NCBI GenBank assembly: GCA_964384055.1
Contig: CAYLIV010000012.1
Span: 1,635-65,634 of the forward strand
Length of the DNA stretch: 64,000 nucleotides
Direction: 5' to 3'
DNA from: an uncultured Fibrobacteraceae bacterium
GTDB taxonomy: Bacteria > Krumholzibacteriota > Krumholzibacteriia > LZORAL124-64-63
Shown here one piece after another: positions 9,605-18,749 of this stretch. Under the pieces are notes generated by a model. It ran no database searches, was not told the DNA's origin, and saw only the letters and a list, made by a program, of their open reading frames with translations. Positions within the stretch are counted from its first letter, which is position 1. Each line of letters begins with the position of its first letter. Both the position numbers and the translations under genes were made by a program.

Positions 9605-10981
9605 TCACCGCATGACCGTCAGCAGACGGCGCCGCACCTGGCTGCCGGTCTGCAGCCGCACGACGTACACACCGGTCGGCACCTTGCGGCCGGCGTCATC
9701 CTTGCCGTCCCAGGGTACGGTGGACGGTTCAGCGGCGTAGCTTCCGTGCGCCACCCGACGGACGACCCTGCCGCGCAGATCGACGATCTGGATGGCTGCT
9801 TCACCGGCGATCGCCAGCTGGAAGTGCAGGGTGGTCCCGTCCCGGAAGGGATTGGGCGTGTTGGGGCTCAGGGCGAGGTGGCGCGGTGCCGGCGGCGGCG
9901 GATCGGGATCATCGCCGGGGATGACCGGGTCGGCGGTCACCAGAGTCATCTGCGACGGATCGCCGACGCCCAGTTCGAATGGCGCGGCCGCCGCTTCCTC
10001 GATCCACGGACAGGGCTTTTCCGCGTAGCTCGCCGCAGTGCGCTGGGCGTTGATGGTATCCCGCGCCCAGTAGTCGTTGGTCACCGGATCGGTACTGACC
10101 AGCAGGGTATTGGGCGTCTGCTCGGGATAGAGGTCCCATCTCTGCGGCAGCGCATTCGGGCCGCCCGTGAAGGTGCCGCGCAGACAATCGGTGACCACCA
10201 GGCAGGTACGGTCCTTGATGCTGGCGTGGTTGTTGAGGGCCAGCATGCCGGGAATATCGCCGCACAAGCTCGAGGGCGTACACGAGCCGTAATGGTTCTT
10301 GAGAGCGACGGAGATCTGGTTGAGCGCGTTGTTGTGGCTCTTCAGGACCGGAATATTTATCAAGTAGTCGCAGTCCAGCAGGGTGCGGGACAGCTCGTAT
10401 TGCCCGTAGGGGAACTCGCCGGATCCGACCGCGTCGTTGTCGCCGGTCAGGGTGGGGCAGGCGCTGCCGAAACAGAAATCCTCCTGCGCGTAAGCGAAGC
10501 GCGTGATGTCGTGGTTGTCGAAGACGATCACGTGGCTCACGTCGTAACTACCGCCGAGCATCAGCGACAGACCCGAAACCACCCCGCGCACCACTTCCGG
10601 TCGCGTGTACGTGGGCCCGAGGGTGTTGACCTTGATGGCGATGGTCGAGGCGGCGTGCAGCCCGGGAAAGAGGGAAGCGAAGGCCTCGCCTGTGTCGTCG
10701 AGCTGGGTGAGCAGCCGGACCCCGTTGTGAATCGTGGCCTCGACCTGGTCGCGATCGATGACGGGCTCGTGACCGCCGAGCGCGGGATCGTGACAGAACA
10801 CGATACGCCCGGGCAAGCGGTTGCCGGCACCGTGCGGAGCGAGTCCGTCGAAGCGCGCCAGATGCCTGGCCATGGCAGGCGTCCCGGCGGCGGCCATGGC
10901 GCCCAGGGCGGAGAGCTTGATGAATGTCCGCCGGCTGGCGTAGAACCCGGAGAAGAAGCCGGCGTCGGTGTCGTGTTTCAT
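9605..10981 (-). CDS. Tat-exported DUF362 protein with FlgD-Ig/T9SS-like C-terminal domain
   Basis: SRRTFIK; KVN, INIPVLKSH, LKNHYG, GGP, TDPV; C-terminal PNPF...WDGKDDAGRKVPTGVY. Confidence 0.85.
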   Translation of the reverse strand: MKHDTDAGFFSGFYASRRTFIKLSALGAMAAAGTPAMARHLARFDGLAPHGAGNRLPGRIVFCHDPALGGHEPVIDRDQVEATIHNGVRLLTQLDDTGEAFASLFPGLHAASTIAIKVNTLGPTYTRPEVVRGVVSGLSLMLGGSYDVSHVIVFDNHDITRFAYAQEDFCFGSACPTLTGDNDAVGSGEFPYGQYELSRTLLDCDYLINIPVLKSHNNALNQISVALKNHYGSCTPSSLCGDIPGMLALNNHASIKDRTCLVVTDCLRGTFTGGPNALPQRWDLYPEQTPNTLLVSTDPVTNDYWARDTINAQRTAASYAEKPCPWIEEAAAAPFELGVGDPSQMTLVTADPVIPGDDPDPPPPAPRHLALSPNTPNPFRDGTTLHFQLAIAGEAAIQIVDLRGRVVRRVAHGSYAAEPSTVPWDGKDDAGRKVPTGVYVVRLQTGSQVRRRLLTVMR

Positions 10982-11007
10982 GTCGGTCCTCGTCGTTCGC
11001 GAACAAC

Positions 11008-12387
11008 CTACCGTGCCACTACCAGTCGCTGGCTTCTGACCAGTCGTCCTACCTGCAAGCGGGCGAAGTAGACACCGGTCGGTACGGCTCGCCCGTGGGC
11101 ATCCTTGCCGTCCCAGGACAGGCTGCTGTATCCCGCCGGGAAGCCGTGGCTGACCAGGTGCCGCACGAGTCGGCCGCGCAGATCGACGATCTGGACCGTG
11201 GCATCGTCGGCGGCGGCGAGCCGGAAGCGCAAGGTCGTGCGGTCGCTGAACGGATTGGGCGCGTTGGGTGCCAGGAAGGTGCCGCCCACCAGCAGGCCCG
11301 GCTCCTCCTCGACCCCGGTCGCATCATCATACAGGATCGTCATCTGGTGCGGATCGCTGACGCCGAGAAAGTACGGCTCTGCCGACGCCTGCTCGATCCA
11401 GGGACACGGCTTGGGGTTCCAGCCGTGGGCTGCGCGCTGCGCGTTGATCATGTCCCTCGCCCAGTACTCGTTGGTCACCGGATCGGTGGTCACCAGCAGG
11501 GTGTTGGGCGTCTCCTCGGGATAGAGGTTCCAGTCCATGGGCGGCGTGCTCGGGCCGCCGTTGAAAGTTCCGCGGATGCCGTCGGTGAGCACCAGTACCG
11601 TCTTGGGCTTGATATACTGATCCGTGTTGAGGGTCAGCATGGCGTTGATGTTGCCGCACATGCTCGACGGCGTGCACGAACCGTAATGGTTCTTCATGGC
11701 CACCGTGATCTGGTTGTTGCCGTCGCTGTGGCTCTTCAGGGCGGGTATGTTGATCGCGTAGTCGCAATCGATGAGGTACTGACTGAGCTCGTAGATGCCG
11801 TAGGGAAAGTAGTCCGAATTCCACGCGTTGTTCCCGCCGCTCAGCGTCGGGCAATTCCCGTTGAAGGTGAAACGTTCGGGCGTGTATCCGCGGTTGGAGA
11901 CCGGATCGCGGTCGTAGATGACGACATTGCTCACGTCATAGGTGCCGCCGAGCATCCGGGACAGGCCCGAGACCACGCCGCGCGCCACTTCCCAGCGCGA
12001 GAAGCAGGTACCGATGCAGTTGACCTTGATGGCGATGGTCGAACCGGCGTGCAGTCCGGGAAACAGCGATTCGAAGGCGAGATCCGTGCCGCTTTGCTGG
12101 GTCAGCAGTTCCACGCTGCGGAACACCGCGGCCTCGACGGCATCCACGTCGGGAGTGCCGTGGCCGTTCATGTCCGTGTCGTGGCAGATGACGATCCGAC
12201 CAGGTAACGTGTTGCTGCGACTGGCTTTCGGGTTTTGGCCGTCGAACTGGGCGAGATGCCGGGCCATGGCCGGGGCGCCCGCCATGACCATGGCGCCCAG
12301 GGCCGAGAGCTTGATGAACTGCCGCCGATCGGGGTAGAAACCCGAAAAAAAGCTCGTCGAGTTATTCCGCGTGTCGCTTTTCGCCAT
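11008..12387 (-). CDS. Tat-exported DUF362 protein with FlgD-Ig/T9SS-like C-terminal domain (tandem paralogue of 9605-10981)
   Basis: DRRQFIK; KVN, INIPALKSH, MKNHYG, DGIRGTFNGGP; C-terminal PNPF...WDGKDAHGRAVPTGVYF. Confidence 0.85.
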   Translation of the reverse strand: MAKSDTRNNSTSFFSGFYPDRRQFIKLSALGAMVMAGAPAMARHLAQFDGQNPKASRSNTLPGRIVICHDTDMNGHGTPDVDAVEAAVFRSVELLTQQSGTDLAFESLFPGLHAGSTIAIKVNCIGTCFSRWEVARGVVSGLSRMLGGTYDVSNVVIYDRDPVSNRGYTPERFTFNGNCPTLSGGNNAWNSDYFPYGIYELSQYLIDCDYAINIPALKSHSDGNNQITVAMKNHYGSCTPSSMCGNINAMLTLNTDQYIKPKTVLVLTDGIRGTFNGGPSTPPMDWNLYPEETPNTLLVTTDPVTNEYWARDMINAQRAAHGWNPKPCPWIEQASAEPYFLGVSDPHQMTILYDDATGVEEEPGLLVGGTFLAPNAPNPFSDRTTLRFRLAAADDATVQIVDLRGRLVRHLVSHGFPAGYSSLSWDGKDAHGRAVPTGVYFARLQVGRLVRSQRLVVAR

Positions 12388-12462
12388 TGCCGTACCGCCT
12401 CACGTTGTGAAAGAGGTGTCTCGGTTCGCCCGCGGTGTTTGCGCCGCCGATTGCGCGCAGAG

Positions 12463-12491
12463 AGTATACCGAAAAAGTCTTCAAGGTTCAA
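12463..12491 (-). promoter_or_regulatory. Putative sigma70 promoter for the tandem DUF362-CTD pair
   Basis: Minus strand TTGAAC-N17-TATACT about 75 bp upstream of the ATG at 12387. Confidence 0.55.
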
Positions 12492-12549
12492 TCGCCGAGG
12501 GCACCGTCGAGGGCGAACGGGTTGCAGTCGGGCGATCTGCTCCCGCCGC

Positions 12550-15500
12550 CTAGCCCCGGATCTGCAAACGCAGGCGAATATCGTGGTCCGTGATCCACGC
12601 GGCGCCGTCGTCTCGGGATCGACTCCAGCCGTACTGCAACTTCACCGAGAAATTCCGCTGCGGGCGGACGCTGACCGTCGCCGTCAGCGCCTGCTTGCGC
12701 GAGTTGTCGCTGCCGGCGGTGACGCCGGGCGAACGGTCTTCTGCGCTGGACCAGGTGAGCGAACCGCCCAGGTTGGCGTCGAGCTGCCAGCGCTCGCGAC
12801 GCCAGGTGATCCGGGCCTGGGGGCTCCAGAGGTTTTCGCGCTGCCCGACCTGGCCGGTCCAGGAGTCGTTGCGCTGCGCTTCCAGGGCCACGAAGGTGAG
12901 CAGACCGCCGCCCCAGGTCTGATCCCACTGTCCGAAGAAACGCCGGCGTTCGAGCCGGTTGAAGAAGGACTCGCTGTCGCTGCCGATGGCCCGCACGGTC
13001 ACGAGTCCGCCGCGCGGTCGGATCTCCAGTCGACTTTCGAGTTGCCGGCTGTCGCTGTCGGTGGTCAAGCCTTCCTGGACCAGCGAGCCGGATTCCATTT
13101 GCCAGCGTTCGATCAGCCGCACGCGCGAGAAGAGCTGCACTCTGGTTTCGAAGACGTCGCTGCGCGATCGGTTGCGTCGCGACACGGCATCCGCCGCGCC
13201 GAACAGGTTGCCGGTCGCCGGCTGCGCGATCCCCGGTTCACCGTTCTCGTTGTCGGTCACGCCGATGTCCCAGCGTAGCGAGAGGCGTGACAGCTGCTTC
13301 GACAGGCGCCCGGGATAGAAGTGCATCGTGGTCAGCAGCACGCGATTGGTGGCGAAACCGCCGCTGCCACCGCCCGGATACCAGAACAGGTTGCGGTCGG
13401 CCTCGTAACGCAGGTAGGCGTCGAGGCTCGCGTGCGGCTGCGACTGCAGGGTGGCGTCGACCTCCTGGAAGCGGCGCAGATCGCGCGCCGTAGCGCTTCC
13501 GGACTGGAAAGTGCGGCTGTCCTCGAACGCGACGTTCCAGGACAGGGGATTGCCGGCCGATCCGTTGAGGCGTACGAACGCATGGTTCGTGCTGCGCCGC
13601 AGGCCGCCGTCGACGCGCGGGATGCCGGCACTGTCCTCGTCGTCGGTCGCAAAATCGCGATCGCTGCGCTGGAAGAAGGCGCGCAACCACAACCGGCGAA
13701 TGCCCAGGGCAGCCAGTCGTCGCCGGTCGGGACTGAGTTCCAGCTCGGCGCGGCTGACCCATTTTTCGCGGCTGGCGCCCGCGGCGTCGATGTCCACGCG
13801 TCCGCGTTTCACCTCCAGGTTCGGCCAGCCCGAGCGTCGCCAGCGTACCGTGCCCATCAAGGTCGATTCCTCTCCACGGCCCGTACCCGGCTCGGTCTGC
13901 GTGCCGGCAGCGAACACATCGCCCGCCGCCACCTGGTCCGACGCCGAGCGGTCCCATTCGATTTCCGCCTGGAGCTGCTGGTTCACATTCCACAGGCCGC
14001 GCGCTCGCGACTGCTCGCGCAACCTGCCCAGCAGCGTGCGGCGATCCTCGAAGGAACGATAGTCCGCACCCAGGTCCCGGTGCCGCGCCGAGAGTTCGAG
14101 GCCGCGGTAGCGGCCTTGCACGCCGAGGCTCGAGGCGCGACCGGGATTCTCGTTCGCCGATCCGCCGCCGGCAGAGGCGGCTGTCTGGCTCACGGCCATT
14201 TCCGGGGTCAGGCGCAGCAGGTAACGATCGTCTTTCCACTCCAGGCGCGCGTTCAGATCCGCAGTCGTGACGTCGCTGCCGTCCGCGTCCGTCCAGCGGG
14301 TGGCGCCGGCGCCGGCATAGACCTGATCGCTGGGCGAAATCCCCACCTGGGCGGCACTGATCATGCTGTCGTCTTCGTCGTCGTTCGACGAGGCGCGCAG
14401 CCCCACCTCGTACAGATATTCGACCTCGATCACCGAGTCCTCGTCGAGCAGCACATGTTCGAACAGGACGAACAGGCCGCTGGTGTGAATCAATGAATAG
14501 TCGACGCCCGCCTGCAGGAGCTCCCGATCGATGATTATGCGTTCGGACCCCGGGACCAGATCGCGGTGACCGAGCTGGTAGGTGTTGCGCGTCGCCTGAT
14601 AGCTGTAGTTGAAGGTATACACGTTGGTGGACGGATCGGCGTACACCTCGTCGGGAAACGGCTGCGCCGCCGGCAAGGCGAGCATGCCGGTGATGGGGCT
14701 GAAGCGATGCGGATCGACCAGGCCGTCGCCGTCGGTGTCAAGGCCGAACGACTCGAGATAGGGTGTGCCCGAGACGTCGGCGATCGCGCCGTTGGTATCG
14801 ACCAGGGCGACCGCCAGCGAACCCGGCACCGGGTCCATGGCGATCCAGTAGTGGTTACGCAGGGCGAGGTGGGTCAGCTCGATCTCCGCCTCGGCGCCGG
14901 GCGGTGCGCCCGTGTTGTGCACCGCGACCAGGGCGTGATCGGCTGCCAGCGCCGCGGCGAGCACCAGCGAGTCGCCGCGCGGTCCGATCACGTAGTCGAC
15001 GTTGGGCCGCAGTCGATCCCAGGCGCCCGCGACACCGGCCAGTTCGCCGTGAATCGTGTTGGCGTTGTCGGAGAGGTCGTCCTTGTCGTCGCGATAGACA
15101 GACGCCTCGCGCAGATCCGCGGCGGTCCAGGCGGCGGGTAACGGAAACACCGCGCCGGCTGCGTAATCGACGTCCCGGGTGGAGGTCTCGACAAGTTGGT
15201 TGCCGCCCAGGAAAACGTCGCGTCCCGGTTTGGTGCGTCGCCGTCCGACCCAGGCGTCGGCGGCCACCCGGCGGCGACGTGAGCCGGCCAGCCGTTCGCC
15301 CAGCTCGGCGCGCACGCGACCGCCACGCAGGCCGGTACCCGGGGTCAGGTCGGTGTTGAAGGGCGTCATGTCGATCTCGCCGACACTGACGGTCCGCAAC
15401 ACGTCAGTGCGGCGGCCACGAAAGGTCAGCTGGTAGGCGGCGTTGTCCGGATCGGTGCTGTCGTAAAAACCGCTGAGGGTGCGGTCCTCGCTCACCTGCC

Positions 15501-16866
15501 CGGTGAGCAGGAGATCGAGTCGCGTTTCGGTCGCCAGGTCGCCAAGACCGGTGGTGCCCGCGGCGCTGTCGTCGTCTTCGACGAAGATCGTGGCACCGCC
15601 CTTGAGGTGCAGATCGGCCCCGCCCGGAGTTTCGACGCCCAGCCCGGCCTCGTCCAGACCGACCCGCCAGCCGGCTTGCGCGGGATCGGCATCGGCCAGC
15701 GCAGATTCCAGGATTTCCCGGCTGCGGTAGGAGAAGAGACTGGGATTGTCCTGGCCCTGGCTCAACCCGTAGACGATACGCTCGTCGCCGAGCAGCACGA
15801 GGGTCTCGCCGAGCCAGGCCAGTTCGTGGACCTCGGCGGGCGCCATGGGCACGCTGGTGGTGAAATCGATCCAACGGCCCGTTGTCCGCTCGTACACGGC
15901 GAAGGCTTGTTCGGTCACGACCCAGAAACGATCCGGCGCCACGGCGACGCTGCGCACCCGTCGGCCGGGCATCTCGTTGTTGGAATCGTCCCGGCGCCAG
16001 ATGCCCGATTCGGCCAGAAAACTCCACAGACCGTCGTCGGTACCGAGCCACAGATCGTTTCCCTGCTGCACGAGCTGGTGGATCCGAGCGTCCGGCAGAT
16101 CGACACCCGGCAGATAGCTCGTCCAGGTGTGCAGATCGGTATCGTAGCGGGCGATGCCGGCATCCGTCACCGCGTAGAGTACGCCGGTGCCCTCGCGCAG
16201 GGCCAGCACCCGCGGCGAGTGGAGATGGCCGAGCCGCTCGTCGATGCGAAAGCTCTCGGCGTCCTTGCGATACTCGGCGACACCGTGTTCGAGGGCGAAC
16301 CAGGCATACTGGTCACCCACGGCCACATCGGCCACCGGGCCCAGAGGCACGCCTTCGGGACCAGGCAAGGGTTCCCATTCGAGGATGAACTGGTCGAAGC
16401 GGGCGGCGCCGGCGTCGGTGCCCGCGTAGGCGTAGTCGGCGTCGGCGTCCACGTCGAAGACCAGACGGCCCGGATAGCCTTCGCCGGGGCCGTAGCACTG
16501 CCAGTCGTCGAAGCGCAGATCCGAGACACAGGCGCGTTTGCCTCCGATCCAGAGGTTGGCGTCGGCAACGGAGAAGCCGCCCAGGGGTGCGCCGGGAAGC
16601 CCGTCGGCGGCCGTGGTGGTGGTCCAGGTCTCGGAGTTCGGCTGGAAGCGATAGAGCGCGGCCGGGGTGAGGATCAGTATGCGGTCCTCGTTCTCGATGA
16701 TGCGGGGGCGGAGATCCTCGGGCGAGGTCGCGCCGAAGGGCTGCAGCTCGTCGAGGCCGGCCGCCGGCCCGGCACCGAGCAGCGCCGCCACCATGACGAG
16801 GGGCCACGGCGACATCGCCAGAAAGCCCACCGGCCGAACCGTCCGCGCGATGTGCGCGGGTATCAA
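12550..16866 (-). CDS. Large outer-membrane protein (about 1438 aa): signal peptide, beta-propeller, SprA-like region and C-terminal beta-barrel strands
   Basis: TTG start overlaps the upstream TGA, with RBS GAGGAG. Repeated propeller blades (LWLGTDDGL, AYAGTDAGAARF). SprA-like motifs GQVSEDRTLSGFYDST, VGEIDM, PNVDYVI, VPGSERIIID...GVDYSL. Amphipathic beta-strands to the C-terminus. Confidence 0.72.
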   Translation of the reverse strand: MIPAHIARTVRPVGFLAMSPWPLVMVAALLGAGPAAGLDELQPFGATSPEDLRPRIIENEDRILILTPAALYRFQPNSETWTTTTAADGLPGAPLGGFSVADANLWIGGKRACVSDLRFDDWQCYGPGEGYPGRLVFDVDADADYAYAGTDAGAARFDQFILEWEPLPGPEGVPLGPVADVAVGDQYAWFALEHGVAEYRKDAESFRIDERLGHLHSPRVLALREGTGVLYAVTDAGIARYDTDLHTWTSYLPGVDLPDARIHQLVQQGNDLWLGTDDGLWSFLAESGIWRRDDSNNEMPGRRVRSVAVAPDRFWVVTEQAFAVYERTTGRWIDFTTSVPMAPAEVHELAWLGETLVLLGDERIVYGLSQGQDNPSLFSYRSREILESALADADPAQAGWRVGLDEAGLGVETPGGADLHLKGGATIFVEDDDSAAGTTGLGDLATETRLDLLLTGQVSEDRTLSGFYDSTDPDNAAYQLTFRGRRTDVLRTVSVGEIDMTPFNTDLTPGTGLRGGRVRAELGERLAGSRRRRVAADAWVGRRRTKPGRDVFLGGNQLVETSTRDVDYAAGAVFPLPAAWTAADLREASVYRDDKDDLSDNANTIHGELAGVAGAWDRLRPNVDYVIGPRGDSLVLAAALAADHALVAVHNTGAPPGAEAEIELTHLALRNHYWIAMDPVPGSLAVALVDTNGAIADVSGTPYLESFGLDTDGDGLVDPHRFSPITGMLALPAAQPFPDEVYADPSTNVYTFNYSYQATRNTYQLGHRDLVPGSERIIIDRELLQAGVDYSLIHTSGLFVLFEHVLLDEDSVIEVEYLYEVGLRASSNDDEDDSMISAAQVGISPSDQVYAGAGATRWTDADGSDVTTADLNARLEWKDDRYLLRLTPEMAVSQTAASAGGGSANENPGRASSLGVQGRYRGLELSARHRDLGADYRSFEDRRTLLGRLREQSRARGLWNVNQQLQAEIEWDRSASDQVAAGDVFAAGTQTEPGTGRGEESTLMGTVRWRRSGWPNLEVKRGRVDIDAAGASREKWVSRAELELSPDRRRLAALGIRRLWLRAFFQRSDRDFATDDEDSAGIPRVDGGLRRSTNHAFVRLNGSAGNPLSWNVAFEDSRTFQSGSATARDLRRFQEVDATLQSQPHASLDAYLRYEADRNLFWYPGGGSGGFATNRVLLTTMHFYPGRLSKQLSRLSLRWDIGVTDNENGEPGIAQPATGNLFGAADAVSRRNRSRSDVFETRVQLFSRVRLIERWQMESGSLVQEGLTTDSDSRQLESRLEIRPRGGLVTVRAIGSDSESFFNRLERRRFFGQWDQTWGGGLLTFVALEAQRNDSWTGQVGQRENLWSPQARITWRRERWQLDANLGGSLTWSSAEDRSPGVTAGSDNSRKQALTATVSVRPQRNFSVKLQYGWSRSRDDGAAWITDHDIRLRLQIRG

Positions 16867-17801
16867 CCCAACTCCTCGACCCGTAAACTCGTCAGATCGA
16901 GCGTGCCGAGGCCGTGCTCGGCGGCGTAGCGGAGATAGGCGACCTGTTCGGGCCGCAGCGTCATGCTGTTCCAGGTGGCCAGGCCGGTGCCGTAGGCGTC
17001 GACCGCTACCGGATCGGTACCCACGACCACGCCCCCGAACGGATCGGTCTGGCCCGGACCCTGCGGTCCACCGGTCTTGAGGATCACCGCGGCGTCGAGA
17101 ATGGTCAGTTGCGGCTTGAGAACCGTCGCCAGGTCGGCGACGCCCTGATGCAGATCCATGTCCTGATGGAAGCACTCCCGGTTCCAGATCAGGCCCATCA
17201 GGTTCTTGATGCCGAAACTGACACCGGTCGCCGAATGGGATTTGGCCGTGGGCAGATTGATCAATACGTCGGCCTTCTGTACGGCGGCGGGAATAGCCGT
17301 CTCGTGCAGCGCCTTGCCGGCGGGTACGGCGACCGGGCGGTACGTCTTCTCCTTGTCGAGGGAAACGAGCTTGGCCTTGGTAAATGCGGCAACCGCCGCC
17401 TCGGTGCCGTTGATCTGGAAACAACGCTGCGGATCGCTCATGGTGTGGTCGACCACCAGCACGCGCCGCGCGCCGGCACCGAGGCAGGCGTCGATCACGG
17501 CGGAGAGCACGTCCGGGTGGGTGGTGGCGCCGAGCTCCGGCGGCCGCGGGAAGCTGGCGTTCGGTTTGACGATCACGACCTGGTCCGGCTTGACGAAACG
17601 TTCCATGCCGCCCACGGCGGCCAGCGCGGCCGCCACGGCGGATCGCGGTTCGCCCCGCGCCAGCACAAGATCGGGCGGATCGGCTGCGCCGGCTTCAGCC
17701 GGTGTATCGGCGTGGGCCACGTCCAGCAACCGCGCCGGCGGCAACAGCAGCCCGGCTCCGATCAGACGCGCACCAGCTGACAGGAAATATCGTCGTTTCA
17801 T
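16863..17801 (-). CDS. Tat-exported stand-alone DUF362 protein
   Basis: MKRRYFL; VIVKPN, ATTHPDV, INLPTAKSH, GIKNLMG, GGPQG, DPVAVD; RBS GAGGAG. Confidence 0.9.
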   Translation of the reverse strand: MKRRYFLSAGARLIGAGLLLPPARLLDVAHADTPAEAGAADPPDLVLARGEPRSAVAAALAAVGGMERFVKPDQVVIVKPNASFPRPPELGATTHPDVLSAVIDACLGAGARRVLVVDHTMSDPQRCFQINGTEAAVAAFTKAKLVSLDKEKTYRPVAVPAGKALHETAIPAAVQKADVLINLPTAKSHSATGVSFGIKNLMGLIWNRECFHQDMDLHQGVADLATVLKPQLTILDAAVILKTGGPQGPGQTDPFGGVVVGTDPVAVDAYGTGLATWNSMTLRPEQVAYLRYAAEHGLGTLDLTSLRVEELG

Positions 17802-17861
17802 GGTTGTCGGCTCCTCGGAGCATCACGGTGGTCGTCATCGCCCGATGCGACTGCGGCCGCT

Positions 17862-18470
17862 TCAGCTCGTGATTTCCTGAACGATGTGCTGCGCCATCAG
17901 GGTCATGACCGTCAGCGTATCGTTGGCGAAGCTGCTGAACAGCAACGTGACCACGTACTGGTCCTGGCGCAAATGGACGGTGTAACTGCCCAGGTCCTGT
18001 TGCGAGTAGGCCTCGGTCCCGATGCCGTTCATGGCCGTCCATGAGCCCTCGATCGTCAGTTCCTCCAGCACGGCGGCCGCATTGTCGACATCGGTCTGGT
18101 CGTAGATCTGGATCGTGCCATTGGCGGTGTCGGTGCCGATGGTGCCGGTGTAACTCTGTTCGACCATCTCCTGGAAGCCGTAGGTGGCGAACAGCTCCCA
18201 GCCGCCGTTGATGATGTCGTTGAGTTCCGTATCGTTGGTGGCGATGCTGGGCTCGCCCGTCTGGGCCAAGCTGGCGTCGCCGGGTGGGAGAAAATCTCGA
18301 GGGTGTTTCGTCGTCGATCCGTCTTCGCTGCAGCCGGCGGCCAGTAGCACCAACATCACCAGCAGCACCGAAGACATGCGCCGCAGACTCGCGGCGCCGG
18401 AGCGGCGGTCGCTTTTCTCTCGGATCCGGTCGGGTCGGCTCACGGGTTCGCTGTGGATACCTGGCGTCAT
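17862..18470 (-). CDS. DUF6599-like lipoprotein
   Basis: Lipobox LAAG-C; IINGGWELFATYGF, IQIYDQ. The start may be the ATG at 18377. Confidence 0.65.
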   Translation of the reverse strand: MTPGIHSEPVSRPDRIREKSDRRSGAASLRRMSSVLLVMLVLLAAGCSEDGSTTKHPRDFLPPGDASLAQTGEPSIATNDTELNDIINGGWELFATYGFQEMVEQSYTGTIGTDTANGTIQIYDQTDVDNAAAVLEELTIEGSWTAMNGIGTEAYSQQDLGSYTVHLRQDQYVVTLLFSSFANDTLTVMTLMAQHIVQEITS

Positions 18471-18749
18471 TCTCTTCCCTTCCTGCCGTTATGAGCGCTG
18501 CTGAGGGGATCCGGAGCTCGAATTGCGTCTAGTATTCTACCACCTGTGTCCATGCCTCACAATCCGCGAATGCAAGAGCCACGAATGCAGGAGCCGTTGC
18601 CCGGATCGCACCCCGCGCTGGACCGGGGGCGGGTTCCGGTAAAGATGAACCACCAACGGCCGATACCATCAGCATACCTGATTTGACGAGTGGCCGCACG
18701 AGCAGATCGTCGCGGTACGGGCTGTGGACAAGGAAAACACCCTGAGCGG

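Noticed and set aside
9596-12207. Long plus-strand ORFs (491 aa and 427 aa) opposite the DUF362 genes
   Set aside because: These are antisense shadow ORFs typical of high-GC codon bias, with no recognisable motifs.
16867-17424. N-terminal 186 aa of the 1624-aa ORF 12550-17424
   Set aside because: It overlaps the DUF362 gene in another frame and is R/G-rich and non-protein-like. A TTG with an RBS and a signal peptide at 16866 is the credible start.
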